Below, piece by piece: positions 1 to 9,034 of a stretch of DNA of 10,412 nt (position 1 is the stretch's first letter; each line of letters starts with the position of its first letter). The DNA comes from Octopus sinensis. Taxonomy: Eukaryota. Position numbers and translations under genes: made by a program. The stretch is from the NCBI RefSeq assembly GCF_006345805.1, contig NW_021827414.1:1-10412 (forward strand), in the 5' to 3' direction. The notes under the pieces were generated by a model. The model worked only from the letters and a program-made list of their open reading frames with translations. It ran no database searches and was not told where the DNA came from.

Positions 1-121
1 TGCCCTTCTTTTACTCCACAACACCTCCTCCTCCTCCAGCATATTCTTTTTCTTCCTTTTCCTCTCTTCCTCTTCCCGCTCTCCCTTTCCTCTCCCACTT
101 TTCCATCACCCCACCCCCCTA
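1..121. repeat. Pyrimidine-rich (CT/CCT) low-complexity tract
   Basis: Nearly all C/T on the + strand, e.g. ctcctcctcc and ttcttccttttcctctcttcc. Confidence 0.8.
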
Positions 122-230
122 TATTTTCAATTGATTACATGAGTTCGAAACACAGAACACAGTTGTGGCTATTGTTATCGTCAGTTTTGTGTCTTACTCT
201 AAGTCTTCATTACATCCTACGGGATGCAAA

Positions 231-365
231 CACACACACACACACACATACATGCACACACACACCACACACACATACGCACATATATATTTATGTGCTC
301 GTATACACATAAAAACAAGCACACACACGCATATATTATATGTATATATATATATCTATATATGT

Positions 366-400
<35 letters not shown>

Positions 401-479
401 TACATTTATATATACATTACAACATACATAACATACATAATACATACATATCTATATATATATAGACATATATATATAT
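231..479. repeat. Compound (CA)n/(TA)n microsatellite
   Basis: Direct reading; source of the HTHT and IYIY ORFs. Confidence 0.9.
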
Positions 480-704
480 GGAGGCGCAATGGCCCGTCGT
501 TAGGGCAGAGCGGACTTGCGGTCGGAGGATCGCGGTTTCGATTCCCAGACCGGGCGGTAGTTGTGTGTGTTATTGAGCGAAAACACCTAAAAGCTCCACG
601 GGTCCGGCGAGGGGGATGGTGGTATCCCTGCTTGTACTCTTTCACCACTCTAAAAGGCGGTGCTCCAGCATGGCCGCAGTCAAAATGACTGAAACAAGAA
701 CAAA

Positions 705-713
<9 letters not shown>
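480..713 (+). mobile_element. tRNA-derived SINE, probably chimeric or internally deleted
   Basis: GC-rich island in TA repeats. A-box-like TGGCCCGTCGTTAGG (490-504), B-box-like GGTTTCGATTCCC (534-546), 3' stem-loop CAGTCA-aaa-TGACTG (677-691), poly-A 702-713. Resembles octopus SINEs as I recall them. Confidence 0.8.
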
Positions 714-762
<49 letters not shown>

Positions 763-775
763 CTATGTATATATA
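714..775. repeat. (TA)n(GT)n microsatellite
   Basis: Direct reading. Confidence 0.9.
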
Positions 776-1044
776 TGACATCCGCTGGGTTATATATTTT
801 CGTTATCTTGTATCTCAGAGCGTATAGTCTGGGTGTACATTTTAATGGTGTGAGCCTCTGTTTTTGTTCCTTTTTATTGTAGTCTTCATTCTCACACGGG
901 TGCACATATACTCGCATACTCACACATATTCACACACACAAATGCATATGCTGCTTTCCCTTCCCAAGTCTTCTTATAAAAACGTTCGTGTTTTCTGCAT
1001 GTTTTTATCATATATATATATATATATAATATATACATATATCG

Positions 1045-1242
1045 CCACGATAGATCGGTAGCTACTACACTACACGCATTTTTTTCTCTCCTTGTTTCTT
1101 TCTGTGTTCTTTTCTTTGAGAAGTGCATAGGCCCCGAAACGTTAAAGACGTGTTCAATTCCCGAGAGTTTATTACTAATACATGTTTGTTTTTAAACCAC
1201 ACCTGTTTTCGTCTTGTGTTGTTTTTTTCGTGAATTCTCCCT
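1045..1242 (+). mobile_element. Possible terminal remnant of a Penelope-like retroelement or related dispersed repeat
   Basis: Motif ...GCATAGGCCCCGAAACGTTAAAGAC (1124-1149) followed by a T-rich segment ending in a (TA)n run. Resembles a recalled octopus repeat; unverified. Confidence 0.35.
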
Positions 1243-1255
1243 ATATATATATATA

Positions 1256-1298
<43 letters not shown>

Positions 1299-1305
1299 TA
1301 TATAT
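1243..1305. repeat. (TA)n microsatellite
   Basis: Direct reading. Confidence 0.9.
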
Positions 1306-1308
1306 TAA

Positions 1309-1985
1309 ATCTAATATAGGATAAAATTTTTCGAAAAAATTCTATCAATGGCCAGCATATTTAAAAATACATTTAAACGTTAAATTTATAAACAACTTAT
1401 AAACAAGGTCAAAAGAAAAAAATTCTAATGCCAAACATGCCGAAAATAGACTTAAATTGTCAATAACCATATAATTCATCACTATAAGCACGCGTCTCGA
1501 AGTAAGCCGACAGAAATTTCTAAAAAATTCCGTTATTATCGTATCGGCCCCGATTTCAGAGTTAATTCATACGAATTTTCCCCTCGTCAGCGATAAATAC
1601 GGTAAGAAATAAATGAAATACTTATACCCATGGAAGAAGCAAATACCTAGTCATGAGTACACCTAAGTACCCCAAATATATCCAAAATAGAAATTCCCAG
1701 CATACCTCGAGACACGTGTGATCGGACTGAAAATTCTCATAGAGTGAGAGAATCCAAAAGTGAATAGTATTAAATTTACATCTAATATAGGATAACTTTT
1801 TTCGAAAAAGATTCTATCAATGGCCAGCATATTAAAAATATCTTTAAAGGTTATATTTATAAACAACTTATAAACAAGGGCAAAAGAAAATGATTCTAAT
1901 GCCAAATATGCCGAAAATATACAAATCGCCAATAACCATATAATTCATCACTATAAGCATCTCGAAGTAAGCCGACAGAAATTTC
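1309..1985. repeat. Direct repeat pair of ~210 bp (1309-1520 and 1780-1985), period 471 bp
   Basis: Both copies run from ATCTAATATAGGATAA to GTAAGCCGACAGAAATTTC, with scattered substitutions and small indels. Confidence 0.95.
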
Positions 1986-2063
1986 GAGACGCGTGCTTAT
2001 AGTGATGAATTATATGGTTATTGACGATTTAAGTCTATTTTAGGCATATTTGGCATTAGAATT

Positions 2064-2064
<1 letters not shown>
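1983..2064 (-). repeat. Inverted partial third copy (82 bp) of the same unit
   Basis: Reverse complement matches 1420-1501 at 79 of 82 positions by manual alignment. Confidence 0.95.
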
Positions 2065-2307
<243 letters not shown>

Positions 2308-2897
2308 TAATTAAATATATTCTGTTAGAATATTATACTAAACTGAATTTATAATGAGTGCTCGTTGTATAAAATGTCAAAAATATTAATACTATTAAGT
2401 ATTTAGACATTTAATATAACCGATTATATATACTGTATTTTGAAATAATAGTATGAAATTCAATATGAAAAAAATTCCTCACGATGTCTAAAATAGTATT
2501 AAAAATATATATAGATATATGAAATATGACAGCTTAAAAATTTGTTAATTAATGTATCTTACGATCGTTTCACGAAAGCATTGTCATTATAATGGAATCC
2601 ATTATTGATACACATTGGTATACAATACTTCCGCTCGTCTGAGATGGAGGAGATAAAATTTTTATAATATATCAAATGTTTTAAAATTAGCAAAATATAA
2701 GAGAAAGTATTTTTGAAAATAGATTAAAATTTACTGGTTTAGATTTATGCAGATAGACTTTGGTAATAACATTTAAAGTTTGTATTTATATCCTTGGTAA
2801 GTTCATCTCAGTAATCCATGATTGGTTTTGATTTATGCAGATTGACTTAGGAGGAAAATTTTGAATTTGTATATATATCTCTCTCTCTATATATATA

Positions 2898-3126
2898 TTT
2901 CTTTACTGCCCTCAAGGGGCTAAACATAGAGGGGACAAACAAGGGCAGACAAAGGGATTAAGTCGATTACATCGACCCAGTGCAAAACTGGTACTTTATT
3001 TATCGACCCCGAGGGATGAGAAAGGCAAAGTCGACCTCGGCGGATTTGAACTCAGAACGTAACGGCAGACGAAATACGGCTATGCATTTCGCCCGGCGTG
3101 CTAACGATTCTGCCAGCTCGCCGCCT
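2898..3126 (-). mobile_element. Full-length tRNA-derived SINE, long-tail type
   Basis: Minus strand: head AGGCGGCGAGCTGGCAGAATCGTTAG (A-box), B-box GAGTTCAAATCC, core GTCGATGTAATCGACT, tail ending GGGCAGTAAAGAAA. Homologous along its length to 9739-9982. Candidate 16 bp TSD. Confidence 0.93.
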
Positions 3127-3199
3127 CTCTCTATATATATTGATAAAAATGGTAAGGCAACAAAAGAAAGAAAGAGAATATTATGTAAATAGAGGAATT

Positions 3200-3386
3200 T
3201 ATCTGTAAAGGTAAAATGTGACAATTATTCGGTAGCCAAGATAAAACTCCAATTTTTTTTTTATATAGCATTTTTCCGATGGCCGGATAACTGAAGAGAT
3301 GGCGGTGTGGATTTCCACCTCGGCATCCGAAACTCGGAGTTTTATCATGGCTATCGAATAATTGTCACATATTACATTTACGGATA
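3200..3386. mobile_element. MITE-like element with 51 bp terminal inverted repeats
   Basis: 3200-3250 is the reverse complement of 3336-3386 with 5 mismatches; 85 bp spacer; TA at both outer ends. Confidence 0.75.
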
Positions 3387-3775
3387 TATATATATCCTTG
3401 TTAAATTCATCTTGGTAATCGATGACAATTTTGTGTAAACAGCACCTTATCCTGCATTCCAAATTTGAGATGTAGGAGGTTCATTTTGGTGGTCAAAGGT
3501 ATTAGTGTTAAATATTTATTTGTATAACTATTGAGCTTAACCCTAGGCGCAGTAAGATCCACTGACCAGAACTGAGATGCTACGCATCAAAATTCGAAAT
3601 CACGTGATGAAAGAAAATGGTTATCTCTGCTACTTCAGAAGGGAACTTTGTCTCATTACATTACGCAGCTCGATTTCCTTCGTCAATTTATTAAAATTAG
3701 TGCTTTTTGACACTTATTTCTAGCAATGCTGGTACCACTTTGTACTCAATGTTACTTTGTTACTTTAGTGACGTT

Positions 3776-3807
<32 letters not shown>

Positions 3808-3874
3808 ATATATATAATATATATAAATATATACAGAGAAAGAGAGATAGATAGAGAGTGAGAGAGAAGAAGAA

Positions 3875-3908
<34 letters not shown>
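3776..3908. repeat. (TA)n followed by (GA)n microsatellite
   Basis: Direct reading. Confidence 0.9.
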
Positions 3909-3909
<1 letters not shown>

Positions 3910-4334
3910 ACAAATGAGATCCAGAGATGCTCAATATAGAAAGCATGGTAAACAGTCACTATAAGAGGAATCCAGTTGAACTGATATGGAGATAATACAT
4001 TTATATAGAAACACATTAATATCCGTAAATAGACAGGTGGTTGAGAATCTCATTAACAAGTAGTTATATGTATTTACTAGCCTAAAAGCCACCCCATAGG
4101 GGTCTTGGGAGGGCTCTTCATTCAGCCTTGGGCCCAACAATCACACTTCCAGCATTGAATACATATTAAATTTTATTAAACTTGACCAATATTTTTCAAG
4201 CAATGAATAATTTTCACCAAAACCGTGATATAATTTGTCGACTTGGAACTTATTGCAAAACTGCATGATAAACAACATTTTTTGTCTTCTCATTCGGGGA
4301 TCAGTATAATATTTTTCTGTCTAATCTCTTACTT

Positions 4335-4388
<54 letters not shown>
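4335..4388. repeat. (TCTG)n(TC)n microsatellite
   Basis: Direct reading. Confidence 0.9.
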
Positions 4389-4392
<4 letters not shown>

Positions 4393-4408
4393 CTGTTGAT
4401 TGTTTTCA

Positions 4409-4735
4409 ACCATCACCATCACCAGTGTTACCACAGCTGCCATGCACACTCCATTCAGACTTCTGATGCCACCATCATCAATACCTTTTACTTCACTACC
4501 TTCACCTCCACCACCATCACCACTGTCATTCACATCGCTTACTATCACCGTAATCCCTGTCCGCCTCGGCTACAACCACCACCACCATCATCACCACTAC
4601 CACCACCATCATCACCGTCGCCTCCCCCTCTATCAAAACTGCAGCTCATACTATTACGATCACCTCATTACTATCTCAACTATCAATCTACTACCCCCTC
4701 GCCGTCTCTATGCCTACTATTACTCTCACCCCAAC
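4409..4735. repeat. Degenerate (ACC/ATC)n low-complexity tract
   Basis: caccaccatcatcaccactacc-type triplets; source of the poly-His/Pro ORFs. Confidence 0.85.
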
Positions 4736-4924
4736 ATGAGGAATGACAGAAATGTCATTGAATAATGAGAGAGGGGGCTCAATGTGTGACACACTGACAC
4801 ACAGAATTTCGTTTTGCCATTTATTATTATAGATGTATATCTATGAGTATCTCTCTCCATATATATGTATATATGCTCAAGCCTAATCGCGTTTACCTGC
4901 GTCACTGTATCCATATCAGCTCAC

Positions 4925-4968
4925 CTTGGATTTCTCTTACAGGCATTCTTGACGCCGTCCACCCAATC
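4925..4968 (-). CDS. Candidate 44 nt exon (phase-0 reading [14 protein letters not shown]), unverified
   Basis: Minus-strand acceptor tttttcatccag|G and donor CCAAG|gtgagc; unique sequence between simple repeats. A competing + strand exon is also possible. Confidence 0.3.
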
Positions 4969-5065
4969 CTGGATGAAAAATTTGGAGTGTGAGCTCAATT
5001 CATTTGAGCACTACAATGTATTTTCTACACTGAACATATCTAGCTCTCACCTACTGACTGTAATT

Positions 5066-5197
5066 ATACATACATACATACTTACATACATACATGCATA
5101 CATACATACATACATACAGACATACATACATACATACATACATCATACATACATAAATACATACATACATACATACATTCATACATACATACATACG

Positions 5198-5273
<76 letters not shown>

Positions 5274-5305
5274 GATATTATATATATATATATATGTATA
5301 TATAA
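5066..5305. repeat. (TACA)n followed by (TA)n microsatellite
   Basis: Direct reading. Confidence 0.9.
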
Positions 5306-5451
5306 TTAGGCAAGGTAGAAAATGCTAAATGATTTTATTATAAAGAACATTTTAGTATCGGTCCCAGTCTTTGCGACTTCTTCCTTTCGCATTTCTACCT
5401 TGTCTTATTTGTTTCCTTATACCTATCAACCCGTGTGTTTCCCTTTCAACC

Positions 5452-5452
5452 T

Positions 5453-5484
<32 letters not shown>

Positions 5485-5497
5485 ATATAGCATACAC

Positions 5498-5528
<31 letters not shown>

Positions 5529-5566
5529 CATACACATATATATATATATATATATATTATATACAT

Positions 5567-5641
<75 letters not shown>

Positions 5642-5670
5642 CACATATATATATATATACATATATATGT
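5452..5670. repeat. Interrupted (TA)n microsatellite
   Basis: Direct reading. Confidence 0.9.
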
Positions 5671-5889
5671 TTTGTATAGTAATGATGTAGGTACATGTAT
5701 ATAGGTATATATTCACATGCACATATAAGCAGCTAATATAAAGTTTTTGGAAAGAGAGACACAAAGTGAGAAAGAAGAGGAGAGAACGATATGGGATATT
5801 CGTAAAACTTCCATTTTGTAATATGGCGGTAAAGATATGTCACTTTACCTGCACTTATATGTGTAGCCGTGTGTGTGTATGAATGACAG

Positions 5890-6060
5890 GGAAGAGAAAA
5901 AAAGGGAGAGGTAGATAGATAGAGGGTTGGAGGGAGAGAGAGAGAGAGAGGGAGAAATAGAAAGAGAAAGAATGAGAAAGCGGGAGAGAAATTTACGTGG
6001 TAAATATTGTTAAAAAGATGGAGAAAATGAGAGAACTATAGAAAGGAGAAAACAGAGACG
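5890..6060. repeat. Purine-rich (GA)n low-complexity tract
   Basis: Direct reading. Confidence 0.75.
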
Positions 6061-6094
6061 TACATACATAGATGTCCCTACAACCATACACTCA

Positions 6095-6300
6095 TAGATA
6101 CACATATACACTCGCACACACACACACACACGCACGCACACACACACATATATATATATATCTATATACCTGTATAACATATATAGACATACAAGTACAT
6201 ATATATACATGTATAACACACACACACATACACGCACAAAAAACACACACACAAACATAAATATACAAATAATATATATAACTAAAATCGATAAATAGAT
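6095..6300. repeat. (CA)n/(TA)n microsatellite block
   Basis: Direct reading. Confidence 0.85.
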
Positions 6301-6600
6301 ATATAGACAGTCTGACAAATAGGTAGATGGTGGAAAACCACGAGATCTAAAGTGGTATAGAAAAAAATGAATAAAGGGAAAACAAACGACAAAAATAATC
6401 TTAAAATAAAACCAGATAAAATTTATAAAATGAAAGACGAGAAAGAAAAAGAGAAAAAGAAGAAGGAAAAGAAGCAGAAAGAAGAGAGAAGAGAAGAAAA
6501 AAATGCTTAATGAAAAATGCATCTTCCATTAGCTTCCGGTCATGTATCGTTAGCAATGGTGGCGTTTTGTGTCGTATGTCAAGAAATCTAGTTGGCTTGT

Positions 6601-6787
6601 TTAGTGCTTGAAACTCTCAAAGACCTTAAGTGCTAATTGTAAGCCGTGCAATATTTCTGATTCCTTACTAAACAGGCTCTCCAAACAGAATCGCCAAACT
6701 ATTTTCTCCTTGATTGCTGTGTAAATGGCTTGGACTTGAGGTATTATGCGTCTGTTAAGTACGGTTGATCCCTGCGGGATTTCAGAA
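6601..6787 (-). CDS. Candidate exon ([39 protein letters not shown]...), unverified
   Basis: Long polypyrimidine acceptor ttcttgctttcttttgttttccttatcag|T on the minus strand; one frame open for 61 codons to TAA at 6601-6603; possible donor TTA|gtaagg at 6668. No family recognised. Confidence 0.3.
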
Positions 6788-6837
6788 CTGATAAGGAAAA
6801 CAAAAGAAAGCAAGAAAAAAAAAATAATGAAAATGAT

Positions 6838-7068
6838 GTGTGTGTATGTGTATGTGCATACGTACACACAGACACAGAACGCACAGACATATATATATAC
6901 ATAGAGACACGTATGCATATCCATATATGCATTTATATGTGTATTGCATATATGTGTATAAATGGTATATAAATGTATAAACACATTTATGCACATGTAA
7001 ATGTAAACATATACATACACAAACATATATGCATACACATATATATTGAGCATTTCTGCATATATATA

Positions 7069-7113
<45 letters not shown>

Positions 7114-7372
7114 TATATGTATATATGAATATATATATGCATATATATACATATACAACATAGATATATACATAGATACGCATATACATATATATACACA
7201 TACACAAACATATATGTTTATATATGTTATATATATGTCTGTATATGTATGTATATATATATAATATATTGTATAGATATAATATTATATATATAATATA
7301 TATGTATAATTTTCCTTCCATCTATTTCATAGACATATATATATATATTTATGTGTGTGTGTGTGTGTGTGT
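6838..7372. repeat. Compound (TA)n/(CA)n/(GT)n microsatellite block
   Basis: Direct reading. Confidence 0.9.
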
Positions 7373-7538
7373 ATGAAATAGATGGAAAAGAAAACTTCAA
7401 AATCAACCAATAGCAAAAAGAAAAAGAAAAGACAAGAACGAAATGATGTTTAAAGAATAAACACAAAACTGTTTTAAAGATGGTCGCGGGACAGGTAGAG
7501 AGAATGGCGGCTGTGTAAGAATAGAACTGTTGTCGCCG

Positions 7539-8990
7539 ATGGTGGTGGTAGTGGTGGTGGTGGTGTCATTGTTGCTTGTTGTTGCGTCGGTGATGTTGTT
7601 CATGGTTGTGGCGGCGGCGGCGCTGGTGGTTTTGTTGATTGTGGTGTTATGTTTGTTGGTGGTGGCGGTGATGTTTCAGGTGTTGGTGGGGGATGGTGGT
7701 AAAGTTGGTAGTGGTGGTCATGGTAGTGGTTGTGGTGGTGGTGGTTGTGGTGGTGGTGGTTGTGGTGGTGGTAGTTGTGGTGGAGGTGGTTGTGGTGGTC
7801 ATGGTGGTGGTTGTGGTGGTGGTGGTTGTGGTGGAGGTTGTTGTGGTGGTGGTTGTGGTGGTGGTGGTGGTGGTTGTGGTGGTGGTGGTGGTGATGACTG
7901 TGGCAGTGTTGATGATGGTTGCGGCAGTGGTGGTGGGGGTTGTGGTAGTGTTTGTTGTGATGGTCATGGTGGTAGTTGTGGTGGTGGTGGTTATGGTGGA
8001 AGTGGTTATGGTGGTGGTTGTGGTGGTACTGGAGATGGTTGTGGCAGTGGTGGTGGTAGTGGACGTTGTGGTTCTGATGGTGGTTGCGTTGATGGTGGTG
8101 GTAATGGTGGATGTAGTCGTGGTACTGGTGCTTGTGGCTATGGTGGTTATGGCGGTGTTTGTAGAGGTGGTGGTGGTGGTGGTTGTCGTTGTGGTTTGGG
8201 TGATTATGGTAGTTGTGTTGGTGGCGATAGTGGTGATGGTGGTGGTTGTAGTAGAGGTGGAAATGTTGATGATGGCGCTGTTTGTATCGGTGGTAGTGTT
8301 GGTGGTGTTGACGCCTGTAGTGGTTTTGGATGTTGCTGTCATTGGTGACGGTATGATGGTGGTTGAGGCGTTGGTGGTTGTAGAGGTATTGTTAGTGGTG
8401 TTGGTTGCAGTGTTGGTGGTGCTTGCTCGAGGTGCTAGTATTGTTCTTGGTAATGGTATCATTATACATGAAAGTGTAGTAGTATTGGTTACAGTGGTGG
8501 TTAATGTTATTGTTCTTGTTGGTGTTGGGGGTTGTTTGTGGTGTCAGTATTTGTGGTAGTGTTGGTGGTGTAGCAGTTTCTAGTGGTTTTGGCGGTTCAT
8601 CTTTTTAGTGGCAATGCTGGTTGTTGTAGTGCGGGTGGTGGTTGTAACAGAACCTGTGTTAGTATCGGTGGTAGTATACGTAGTATTGTCTGTGGTGGTT
8701 TTCCTTTTGTGTAGTTATCGTCGGTGATGCTGTTCGCAGCATTGTGGCGGTGGCGGTGGTAGTGGGCTTGGTGGTACAGGCGTTGTTGGTATGGTGATGT
8801 TAAACTTCGTATCGGCTTTAGTATTAGTGGTGTTGTTTCTGGCAGTATAGGTTGCAGTGATTTCAGAGCTGTTGTTGATGGCGATATTGGTGTTGGTGTG
8901 CTGGTATTAACGTTGATGGATGTAGTGTTGGCAGAAGTTGTAGTGGTATTGATGTTGTTGTTAGCGGTGATGCTGTTCAAGTGGTAGTAT
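7539..8990. repeat. Degenerate (GGT)n tract with a 15 bp sub-period (GGTGGTGGTGGTTGT) around 7720-7890
   Basis: Direct reading; triplet register shifts near 7690 and repeatedly beyond 8520. Confidence 0.9.
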
Positions 8991-9034
8991 TGCTAACAAT
9001 CTAGTTTTTCTAAGATCATAATTGTACGTAAAAA

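Noticed and set aside
480-550. tRNA gene
   Set aside because: A/B boxes are present but no complete cloverleaf is evident, and the sequence continues into a body and poly-A tail, so a SINE head fits better. The same applies to the other SINE heads.
165-1128. ORFs rich in HT/IY/CV dipeptides
   Set aside because: Translations of (CA)n, (TA)n and (GT)n repeats and of the SINE; no coding complexity.
1309-1985. TRIM or LTR element interpretation of the direct repeats
   Set aside because: No TG...CA termini on either strand, no evident PBS or polypurine tract, no TSD.
2373-2605. Short AT-rich palindromes (AAATGTC...GACATTT; ATAATGGA-A-TCCATTAT)
   Set aside because: Short arms in very AT-rich DNA are expected by chance.
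2980-3224. ORFs 2980..3192 and 3000..3224 (also 9387..9581 and 9545..9817)
   Set aside because: They lie on SINE copies; their mutual similarity reflects the repeat, not a protein family.
3199-3462. 87 aa minus-strand ORF
   Set aside because: It runs across the MITE-like inverted repeat, an A-run and a TA palindrome; no recognisable motif.
3605-3611. C/D snoRNA C-box (GTGATGA)
   Set aside because: No downstream CTGA D-box at a suitable distance and no terminal stem.
4243-4765. Poly-His and poly-Pro ORFs
   Set aside because: Alternative registers of a degenerate (ACC)n tract plus (TC)n; no unique domain.
6766-6783. EIPQGS resembling the non-LTR reverse-transcriptase GxPQGS motif
   Set aside because: No downstream YADD-like motif or other RT blocks were seen; a 4-5 residue match is insufficient.
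8597-8980. Mucin-like minus-strand ORF
   Set aside because: The triplet register shifts several times within it (Thr to Pro/Leu to His), as expected of a neutrally decaying repeat.
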